A stretch of 64,000 nt of DNA from a bacterium (GTDB lineage Bacteria > UBA8248). Shown one piece after another: positions 56,675-64,000 of this stretch. The translations under genes and the position numbers were made by a program. Each line of letters begins with the position of its first letter. Within the stretch, counting starts at the first letter, position 1. Under the pieces are notes generated by a model. It was not told the origin of the DNA and made no database searches. It was given only the letters and a program-made list of their open reading frames with translations. The DNA lies in assembly GCA_965207065.1 (NCBI GenBank), contig OZ242260.1:384001-448000 (forward strand), read 5' to 3'.

Positions 56675-57160
56675 CTAGTCGCGCATGTTCTCGAACTGAA
56701 GCGCGAGTTTGAGGTCGAGCTCCCGGCAGAGGGTGATCACCTGCTGCAAGTCGTCGCGCTTCTTGCCGGTCACTCTCAACTGGTCACCCTGAATCGCGAC
56801 CTGCACCTTCATTTTCGTCGCCTTCACCTTCTTGACGATCTCACGCGCCGCGTCCTGATCCACGCCTTGTTTCACCAATAGGGTCTGCCTGAGCGCGCCG
56901 CCTGCGGCGGATTCGGGTTCCTTGAAGTCGAGCGCGCGCAGATCCACCTTCCGTCTCGTGAAATGGGTATGCACCAGATCGTGCATCTGCCTGAGCTTGA
57001 AATCATCGTCAGCCAGCAGGGTGACCTCCGTATCATTTCGCTCAAGCGCGCATTTCGACCCCTTGAAATCAAACCGCTGGGCGATTTCCCGACGCACCCC
57101 GTTGATCGCGTTGTCGACTTCCTGTAAATCCGTCCTTGAAACAATGTCGAATGAAGGCAT
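56675..57160 (-). CDS. yajQ: YajQ family nucleotide-binding protein
   Basis: MPSFDIVS, RFDFKG and IQGDQLRVTGKKRDDLQ. Confidence 0.95.
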   Translation of the reverse strand: MPSFDIVSRTDLQEVDNAINGVRREIAQRFDFKGSKCALERNDTEVTLLADDDFKLRQMHDLVHTHFTRRKVDLRALDFKEPESAAGGALRQTLLVKQGVDQDAAREIVKKVKATKMKVQVAIQGDQLRVTGKKRDDLQQVITLCRELDLKLALQFENMRD

Positions 57161-57558
57161 GGTAATCGCAAAGCTCCTCTTGAAATCGAGCGCACGCTAC
57201 ACATCCGGCGCTCCTGATGGTATAGTGGGGGTAGCTCATCCAACGCCCAGGATTGTTCTGGAGACGATTGGGGGTTTCCCCCGAAAGGAATCCCTATTTT
57301 CCTTGACTCAATGACCGGTTCCGACGCCCACCGGGGCGCGAGACCATCTCAAGGAGACTCGTGTATGCGTCGAAATGCGACGAGAATCAAGTCCGAAGAC
57401 GTCGGGTGAGCACCGCTCTGGCGCGACGGGACTGATGAGATTTCCATCCGCGCGTCGGGAGACGGCGCCCGGATCGGCGAGCGGGCGAAGCCGCCGCTTC
57501 AGATCTGAGTAAACATTTTTCGCATTATTGCTTCAATTTCTAAAGGAGGTTCAAAAAG

Positions 57559-58842
57559 ATGAAACGCTTCATGTTGGTCCTTTGGGCCACGGCGCTCACC
57601 TTGGCCCCGGGGGTCGCATTCGCGGCCGATAAGCTCGACACCGGGAACACGGCCTGGATCCTGACGTCTACCGCCCTCGTCCTGTTCATGACGCTTCCGG
57701 GCCTCTCGCTGTTCTATGGCGGCCTCGTGCGCGCGAAAAACGTGCTCTCGGTGCTGATGCAGTGCTTCACCATCGCCTGCGCCGTATCCATCGTCTGGCT
57801 CATCGTGGGCTACAGCCTGGTGTTCGAGTCCGGCAACGCCTTCATCGGCGGTCTGGGCAAGGCGTTTTTCGCGGGCGTGGGCGTGGATTCTCTCTCGGGC
57901 AACATACCCGAGACGGTCTTCGCCATGTTCCAGCTCACTTTCGCCATCATCACGCCCGCGCTGATCGTGGGCAGCTTCGCCGAACGGATGCGGTTTTCGG
58001 CACTGTTCATCTTCTCGGTAGCGTGGGTAATCCTCGTCTATGCACCGGTGGCCCACTGGGTGTGGGGCGGCGGATGGCTCGGCGCGATGGGCGCGCTCGA
58101 TTTCGCGGGCGGCACCGTGGTGCACATCAACTCAGGAATAGCGGCCCTGGTAGCCGCCAAGATGATCGGCCCGAGGCACGGCTTTCCCAACACGGCCATG
58201 CCGCCCCATAACCTGCCCATGGCGGTGACGGGCGCGGGCATCCTGTGGGTGGGCTGGTTCGGCTTCAACGCGGGCAGCGCATTGGCGGCCGACGGCGCGG
58301 CGGGTATGGCCATGCTCGTGACCCACATCTCCTCGGCGGCAGGCGCCCTCGCGTGGATGTTCGCGGAGTGGGCGAAACACGGCAAGGCGAGCGTGCTCGG
58401 CATCGTGACGGGCATGGTGGCCGGCCTCGTCGGCATCACGCCGGCCTCGGGCTTCGTGGGTCCGGTGGGCGCGCTGCTGCTCGGCGCGATAGCGGGCCTG
58501 GGCTGCTACGCCGCCACCAACTACATGAAACAGGTGCTGAAGATAGACGATTCGCTCGACGTGTTCACCGTGCACGGCGTGGGCGGCATCATCGGCGCGA
58601 TACTGACCGGCGTGTTCGTCGCCAAGGGATTCGGCGGCATGGGCCTCGCCGAGGGCGTCGGCATGGGCAAGCAGGTCTGGGTACAGATCGTGAGCGTCGT
58701 CGCCACGCTCGTCTATTCGGGCGTCGTCTCCTTCATCCTGTTCAAAATCGTGGACGCCATGGTGGGCTTAAGAGCCGACGCCAACGAGGAGTCGGGCGGT
58801 CTCGACCTCATGATGCACAACGAATCGGCCTACGAACGCTAG
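57559..58842 (+). CDS. amtB: Ammonium transporter
   Basis: PGLSLFYGG, FQLTFAIIT, DFAGGTVVH, GWFGFNAGS and DD.LDVF.VHG. Confidence 0.96.
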   Translation: MKRFMLVLWATALTLAPGVAFAADKLDTGNTAWILTSTALVLFMTLPGLSLFYGGLVRAKNVLSVLMQCFTIACAVSIVWLIVGYSLVFESGNAFIGGLGKAFFAGVGVDSLSGNIPETVFAMFQLTFAIITPALIVGSFAERMRFSALFIFSVAWVILVYAPVAHWVWGGGWLGAMGALDFAGGTVVHINSGIAALVAAKMIGPRHGFPNTAMPPHNLPMAVTGAGILWVGWFGFNAGSALAADGAAGMAMLVTHISSAAGALAWMFAEWAKHGKASVLGIVTGMVAGLVGITPASGFVGPVGALLLGAIAGLGCYAATNYMKQVLKIDDSLDVFTVHGVGGIIGAILTGVFVAKGFGGMGLAEGVGMGKQVWVQIVSVVATLVYSGVVSFILFKIVDAMVGLRADANEESGGLDLMMHNESAYER

Positions 58843-58859
58843 GCCGTAAGACCAAAGCG

Positions 58860-58895
58860 AAAAAGACCCCGGGGCTGAGTCCCCGGGGTCTTTTT
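58860..58895 (+). terminator. Intrinsic terminator after amt
   Basis: AAAAGACCCCGGGG-CTGAGT-CCCCGGGGTCTTTTT. Confidence 0.88.
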
Positions 58896-58998
58896 CGTTC
58901 ACGCGAAAGCGCAGTCTCTCCTGTTCGGAGTTGTTGAAAAAGTCCTCAGGAGTGATTTTGGTTGCGCGCACGCCTTTGAAGTTCACTCCCCCCTTGAG

Positions 58999-60518
58999 GG
59001 GTCTGTTGAAAAACCCCCGGCATTGTGATTGGGTGTAAGGACACTATCTCGCCCGAGATGGGAGTTCCCTCGATGATAGGCAGCAAGAGGCGCGAGCAGA
59101 TGGATTTGTTCGTGGCGGGCTCGCTGGATCGGCTGATCCCCGAGGATCACGTTCTGTACCGCGTGCATCAGGTGCTGGATTTGAGTTGGCTTCGGGAGGA
59201 GGTGGCGGATTGCTATTGCGCGGACAACGGTCGTCCGGGGATCGACCCGGAGGTGGCGGTTCGCCTGATGCTGGCGGGTCTTCTGCTGGGCTACGTTCAC
59301 GACCGCCGTCTGCTTCGCGAGGCGCGGGCGCACCTGGCGATCCGGTGGTTCATCGGGTACGGGCTGCACGAGGAGTTGCCGGACCATTCGAGCCTGACGC
59401 GGATTCGTCAGCGCTGGGGGGAGGCGCGCTTCCGGGCGATATTCCGCCGGACGGTGCAGGCGTGCCTGGAGGCGAAGGTGGCGAAGGGGGAGGTGGTTCA
59501 CGTGGACGCTTCCCTGATCCGTGCGGACGTGAGCTGGGAGAGTCTGGCGGCGCACCACGCGGACGAGGTGATTCGGGAGAATCCCGTGGAGGATAAGCCT
59601 GAGAAGAAGGGGCGTGGCCGCGGCGGCGGGGGACCGGTGAGCCGGACGGACCCCGACGCGCGGCTTGCGCGCAAGAGCGCGCGGGCGAGGTTCGAGCCGA
59701 GCTACAAGCACCACGCGGTGGTGGACGATGAGGGGGGTGTGGTTCTCGACGTGTCGGTGACGGAGGGGACGCTGAACGAGCGGGAGATGATGGCGTCCCA
59801 TATAGAGGCGGTAAGCGAGTTGTCGGGCCGCGCGCCGGAGATGGTGACGGCGGATTCGGGGTATGCGTATTCGAAGGTGTACGCGGCATTGGAGGGTCGG
59901 GGCGTGTCCGCGCTCATCCCGGCGAAGAAAGAACCCTCGCAGAGCCGGGTTCCGTTGCGGCTGTTCCGCTACGATGCGCGCCACGGGATCGTGAAGTGTC
60001 CGGGTGGCAAGACGCTGCGTCCCCGGCGGAGCGAGGAGCGGGGGCGCTACTATGGTTCGAGGACGCGGGATTGCGCGGGCTGCGCGCTCAGGTCCGATTG
60101 TCTGCCGAAGTCGCAAACGAGCAAGGAGGTTTTGATTCCCAACGAGTACCCGGCGCTGTTGCGCGCGCGCCGGCGCCATGCGCGGTGGGGAGGGGACGAG
60201 CGCCGGCTGTGGCGTCGGCACATGGGGCGCTCGGAGGGTTATCACGGGGAAGCGAAGAGTTGGCACGGACTGGGGCGGGCGATGCGCCGCGGTCTGGAGA
60301 ACGTGCGGATCCAGTCCTACCTGACGGCGATGGCGGTGAACCTCAAGCGGCTGGCCGCCGCCCTTGCGGCGCGTATATTCGCCCTGTGGAGGGCCTGTGC
60401 CGCCCGGAAACGCCGTCTGCGCGCACATGGCGCCCTCACGCGCCGATGGGGCTCCCTCTCCGCCGCCGCGTGAACCGCCATACCGCCCGCTTCAAAAACG
60501 GAGTTTTTCAACAGGCCC
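58999..60518 (+). mobile_element. IS1182-family insertion sequence
   Basis: Terminal IRs GGGTCTGTTGAAAAA / TTTTTCAACAGGCCC, flanking direct repeat TTGAG and an internal transposase. Confidence 0.9.
59073..60473 (+). CDS. IS1182-family DDE transposase
   Basis: LIPEDH, GRPGIDP, LPDHSSL, VDAS.I.A, SRTDPDA, ADSGY and RGLENV...NLKRL. Confidence 0.9.
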   Translation: MIGSKRREQMDLFVAGSLDRLIPEDHVLYRVHQVLDLSWLREEVADCYCADNGRPGIDPEVAVRLMLAGLLLGYVHDRRLLREARAHLAIRWFIGYGLHEELPDHSSLTRIRQRWGEARFRAIFRRTVQACLEAKVAKGEVVHVDASLIRADVSWESLAAHHADEVIRENPVEDKPEKKGRGRGGGGPVSRTDPDARLARKSARARFEPSYKHHAVVDDEGGVVLDVSVTEGTLNEREMMASHIEAVSELSGRAPEMVTADSGYAYSKVYAALEGRGVSALIPAKKEPSQSRVPLRLFRYDARHGIVKCPGGKTLRPRRSEERGRYYGSRTRDCAGCALRSDCLPKSQTSKEVLIPNEYPALLRARRRHARWGGDERRLWRRHMGRSEGYHGEAKSWHGLGRAMRRGLENVRIQSYLTAMAVNLKRLAAALAARIFALWRACAARKRRLRAHGALTRRWGSLSAAA

Positions 60519-60797
60519 TTGAGGGTCTGGCTTCCCGAGGGGAAAGCCAGACGGCAAGACGAGGGCGAAGCCCGAAGTCGCGCCGGTGGGGGGTATAATT
60601 CGGAGTGGCGATAAAACGCGATTCACCCCCCACCGCATCAGCCTTCGCAAAAAACGCTCGGCTTCTGTCGGGCTTTCCCCTCGGGAAGCCCGACCCCCTC
60701 CAGGGGGGAGTGATTGGTTGGCGCTCTGCAAGACGGGAGTGGTTCAGTTTTCTCGGACTTTCTCAACAACCCCTGTCCGGTGTGAAAGGGGAATACC

Positions 60798-62651
60798 CTA
60801 CGCGCTCGATTGCGCGGCGGATTCCCTGACCTTTTCGAAATACGCCTTGGCGTCATCGGGCAGGGATGTGAAGCGAAGCATCAGCCGGCTCCCGTCCGCC
60901 TCCACGACCTTCGCGTAGACGTCTGAAACGTCGGTTTCCTCACCCACCCGCAGCATGAGGTTCGCGTTCCTCTCGAAGGGGGTTTCCGCCTCCACGTCCA
61001 GGCAGTTCTCGGAAGCCCGCTCTATCGCAGCATCTACCGCTTCTTCCGACACCGTCTTGCCCTCTACCGCGAACACCAGCACCTCGATCGGCGAGGCGAG
61101 GTCCACGAACGTCTCGGGCGCGGCTTCGGGCATCTCGCACGCATAAGGCCCCGACATGCCCCGCACCTCGTAGACGCGAACCGGCTCATCCAGCCCCTTG
61201 AAGCGAAGGTCCTGCGTATCGCCCACCTGAACGAATTCTGCCATTTTCTCATACGTATCCATGCTGATGAGCACCTGCCCGCTCACGGTGTAGGACTCGA
61301 TGCGGTAGGCCATGTTGATGGCCGTGCCCATCGCGCCGTACTTGGTGCGTTTCTCCGAACCGATGTTGCCGACGATCACCTCGCCCGTGTTGATGGCGAC
61401 CCCCATGTGAAGATCGGGCATGCCCCGCGCGCGCTGCTCCTCGTTGATCTCGACGAGGGCGCGCTGCATCTCCACGGCGCAGGCCACGGCCCGGGCGGAG
61501 TCGTCGGGCTCGGCGAGCGGCGCTCCGAAGAACGCGAGAATGCCGTCGCCCTGGAACTCGTCCACCGTGCCCCGGTGTCTGGTGATGATATCCACCATCG
61601 GCTCCAGGAAACGGTTCACCACATCGATGACTTCGCCCGGTTCAAGGCGCGAGGAGAGGGCGGTGAACCCCCTGAGATCCGATACCAGAAAAGTCACCTC
61701 GCGCACCTCGCCGCCGAGCTTGAGGCCATCGGGCGAGTTCAGGAGTTCGTCCACGATCTCCTTGCTGATGTAGCGCCCGAAGGTGTCGCGGATAAAATCG
61801 CGCTGTTTCAGGCCATCGATCATGCCCTCGAAAGAGGTGGCCAGGCGGCCCACCTCGTCGCGGCTCCTCTTCTCGGGAACAGTGACGTCGAGGTTGCCCC
61901 GGCTCACCTCTTCCGCCGCGCTCGTCAGGTTCCTAATCAGGCGCAGCATCCGGGAGGAGATGACCCAGAAAAGGATGAGGCCCAGGGCGACCAGGATGAT
62001 CGTAAAGCGCAGCAGCTTGAAGGTGTTCGTCGCCACCTGCTCGGCCACGGGGTTCGCAATCTTGTTGAGCACGAGGATGGCCACTACCTTGCCGCCCAGC
62101 TTGAGCGGCGTGTTGAGCTGCAGGAACTGGTCGAACTCGCGATCCCCCACCTTTCCGCCGAAGAGCCGGGAGCGCATCATCTCGCCCTTGTTCCAGGTGT
62201 CGTTCGTGGCCTTGTAGGTGGCGGGGAAGAGCTTGTGGATGTGGGCGTCCTGGCCGATTTGGAACCCGTCGTGAGCGGCGGCGACGTATCCGTAGCTTCC
62301 ATCGGCGCGCCGGCGCATGATGATGGCGTTGTCCACGCCCGAGTTCTGCTTGATGCGCCGAAGGGCGGCGAGCACCTCCCTGTACTCGGCGGTGTTCTTG
62401 TCGCCGGGAACCCTCAGGCTGTGGACGGCTTCCGCATCAATCAAGGCGGAGCCGCGCTCGGCGATGAACTCGAGTCTGGCCGATAGCACGTTGAGCTCGT
62501 AATTGTAGCTCGACTGATAATACCGATAGGACATCGGAACGATGGCGACGATGAGAATGATCAGGACGAGGACGAGGCTCTTGAAGGCGATAGAGCAGTA
62601 AAAACCCTGCCTTGCTTCGGCGCCCGGTTCGGGATTGCTGGATTGGGACAT
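60798..62651 (-). CDS. Membrane sensor-HAMP-class III nucleotidyl cyclase
   Basis: Two TM helices, HAMP (RDEVGRLA..F..M), SDLRGFT, GDGILAFFGAP and GNIGSEKR. Confidence 0.9.
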   Translation of the reverse strand: MSQSSNPEPGAEARQGFYCSIAFKSLVLVLIILIVAIVPMSYRYYQSSYNYELNVLSARLEFIAERGSALIDAEAVHSLRVPGDKNTAEYREVLAALRRIKQNSGVDNAIIMRRRADGSYGYVAAAHDGFQIGQDAHIHKLFPATYKATNDTWNKGEMMRSRLFGGKVGDREFDQFLQLNTPLKLGGKVVAILVLNKIANPVAEQVATNTFKLLRFTIILVALGLILFWVISSRMLRLIRNLTSAAEEVSRGNLDVTVPEKRSRDEVGRLATSFEGMIDGLKQRDFIRDTFGRYISKEIVDELLNSPDGLKLGGEVREVTFLVSDLRGFTALSSRLEPGEVIDVVNRFLEPMVDIITRHRGTVDEFQGDGILAFFGAPLAEPDDSARAVACAVEMQRALVEINEEQRARGMPDLHMGVAINTGEVIVGNIGSEKRTKYGAMGTAINMAYRIESYTVSGQVLISMDTYEKMAEFVQVGDTQDLRFKGLDEPVRVYEVRGMSGPYACEMPEAAPETFVDLASPIEVLVFAVEGKTVSEEAVDAAIERASENCLDVEAETPFERNANLMLRVGEETDVSDVYAKVVEADGSRLMLRFTSLPDDAKAYFEKVRESAAQSSA

Positions 62652-62827
62652 GTCGCGCCTCCGGCGGCGGCTCCAGAGGCCAGTATACACCAGCGGCTCG
62701 TGAGGAAAAGCCAAAAACGTGGGGGATTTCCACCCCTAAATGCGGGCGGCGGCCAGCGCTCCCCGGCGCGCAAGGACAACTAAGAAGCCCTCCGTACGCG
62801 GGGCTGTAGATGAAGCCCCCCTGACAA

Positions 62828-63090
62828 GGAGCTGTTGAAAAAATACCCTTTTCAAGGGATGGAGGGGACGCACCTCTCCACTGGAAACCCAACCCCCCCT
62901 ACCCCCCCTTGTCGGGGGGTAAGAAAGAGCAAAGCCCTCTCTACCCGGCGGGGCGCATCGCCTTTTTATACCCCCCTGACAAGGGGGGGGTAGGGGGGGT
63001 TGCTTCCGACATGGGAGGTCGGGGGTTCGCGCGAAAGCGGCCTTCCCGCTAAAGGCAATGTCCCCCGACGAGGATTTTTTCAACAACCGC
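62828..63090. mobile_element. MITE-like element with IS1182-like ends carrying C/G-run palindromes
   Basis: Ends GGAGCTGTTGAAAAAATACC / GGATTTTTTCAACAACCGC; internal CCCCCCTGACAAGGGGGG repeats. Confidence 0.65.
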
Positions 63091-63091
63091 C

Positions 63092-64000
63092 TCAAGCCGT
63101 GCGCTTTTTTCCCACGTAGTCGAGCAGGACGGCGAGGATGATGATCGCCCCCACGGCCAGGAGCTGCCAGTCGGCGGCTATCCCTAAGAGGTTCAGGCCG
63201 TTTCGGATACACGCGATGATGAGCGTGCCGATGACGGTGCCGATGATGCGCCCCTCGCCGCCCAGCAGCGAGGCGCCGCCGATGACGACCGCGGCGATGA
63301 CGTCCATCAAGTCGAACATGCCCATAATGGCCTGGGCGGCCATGAGGCGCGAGGCCATCACCACGCCCGCGAGCGCGCCGCAGAAGCCGCTGAAGACGAG
63401 CACGAACAGCTTGACGGCGAAGACGTTCACGCCGGCGACGCGGGCGGCCTCCTTGTTGCCGCCGACGGCGTAGATGTTCGTGCCCAGGACGGTGCGCGAG
63501 AGGATGAGGTGCGCGGCCAGGAAGACGACGCCCATGATGACGGCGGCCATGGGAAACGGACCCAGGTAGCCCTGCCCCACCACGCTGAACGCCTCGGGCA
63601 GGCCGAAGATGGACTGCTCGCCCGTGAGGATGAGCGCGCCGCCGCGTGCGAGGCTGTCCATCGCCAGGGTGAGGATGAAGGCGGGAATCGCGAACCAGCC
63701 CACGAACACCCCGCTCACCCCGCCCAGGATCACCCCGAGAATCAGCGTGGCGATCACCGCCGGGACGATGGGCACGCCGTATTCCTTGAGCAGCAGGGCG
63801 ACAACAACCGCGCCCATCGACTGGATGGAGGCCACCGAGAGGTCGATCTCTGCACAGATGATGACCAGCGTGAGGCCCGCCGCCATGATGCCGATGTTAG
63901 ACGACTGGAGCAGGATGTTCATCATGTTCGAGACGGTGAAGAAGTTCTCCGCCGTGATGGAGAGAAAGACGATCAGCAGGATGAGCGCAAGGTTCAAGCC
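63092..64000 (-). CDS. Sugar (ribose-type) ABC transporter permease, 5' end outside window
   Basis: IDLSV, IPAFILTL, G.NIYAVGGN.EAAR.AG and IAAVVIGGASL.GGEG. Confidence 0.9.
   Translation of the reverse strand, partial: GLNLALILLIVFLSITAENFFTVSNMMNILLQSSNIGIMAAGLTLVIICAEIDLSVASIQSMGAVVVALLLKEYGVPIVPAVIATLILGVILGGVSGVFVGWFAIPAFILTLAMDSLARGGALILTGEQSIFGLPEAFSVVGQGYLGPFPMAAVIMGVVFLAAHLILSRTVLGTNIYAVGGNKEAARVAGVNVFAVKLFVLVFSGFCGALAGVVMASRLMAAQAIMGMFDLMDVIAAVVIGGASLLGGEGRIIGTVIGTLIIACIRNGLNLLGIAADWQLLAVGAIIILAVLLDYVGKKRTA

Larger units (their letters stand above)
58927..60773. mobile_element. Outer MITE-like element hosting the IS
   Basis: Ends GGAGTTGTTGAAAAAGTCC / GGACTTTCTCAACAACCCC; internal CTCCCCCC..GGGGGGAG palindrome shared with the 10953-11276 element. 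Confidence 0.65.

Noticed and set aside
57425-57470. Hammerhead ribozyme (CTGATGA)
   Set aside because: No GAAA after the putative stem II
1-64000. CRISPR array or rRNA genes
   Set aside because: No regularly spaced direct repeats or rRNA-like sequence; the repeats seen are dispersed palindromes

Overview
GC-rich bacterial chromosomal window. Most of it is metabolic: five luciferase-like (LLM) oxidoreductases, a complete F420 biosynthesis operon (cofG-cofH-frhB-like-nitroreductase-cofD-cofC-cofE), hemE-hemH-hemY, glgX-glgB, a leuC/D-like pair, amt and tRNA-Cys. It also holds an IS1182-family element, many related miniature repeats and two apparent selenoprotein genes. The most striking feature is a set of intact-looking tailed-phage morphogenesis genes split into two minus-strand modules about 9.5 kb apart. 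One module is a terminase split into two genes plus a portal (53514-56562). The other is a protease/scaffold/capsid fusion, head-tail genes, a tail tube and chaperones (37914-44034). No integrase, replication, lysis or repressor genes are seen. Both modules are preceded by the same element with identical spacing (GCGCATTTCCCCGCAWTTGC-N24-CCCTAWATT on the coding strand). This suggests a co-regulated, domesticated phage-derived particle system, a candidate gene transfer agent, rather than a decayed prophage. All family assignments come from motif recognition by eye; no database searches were run.
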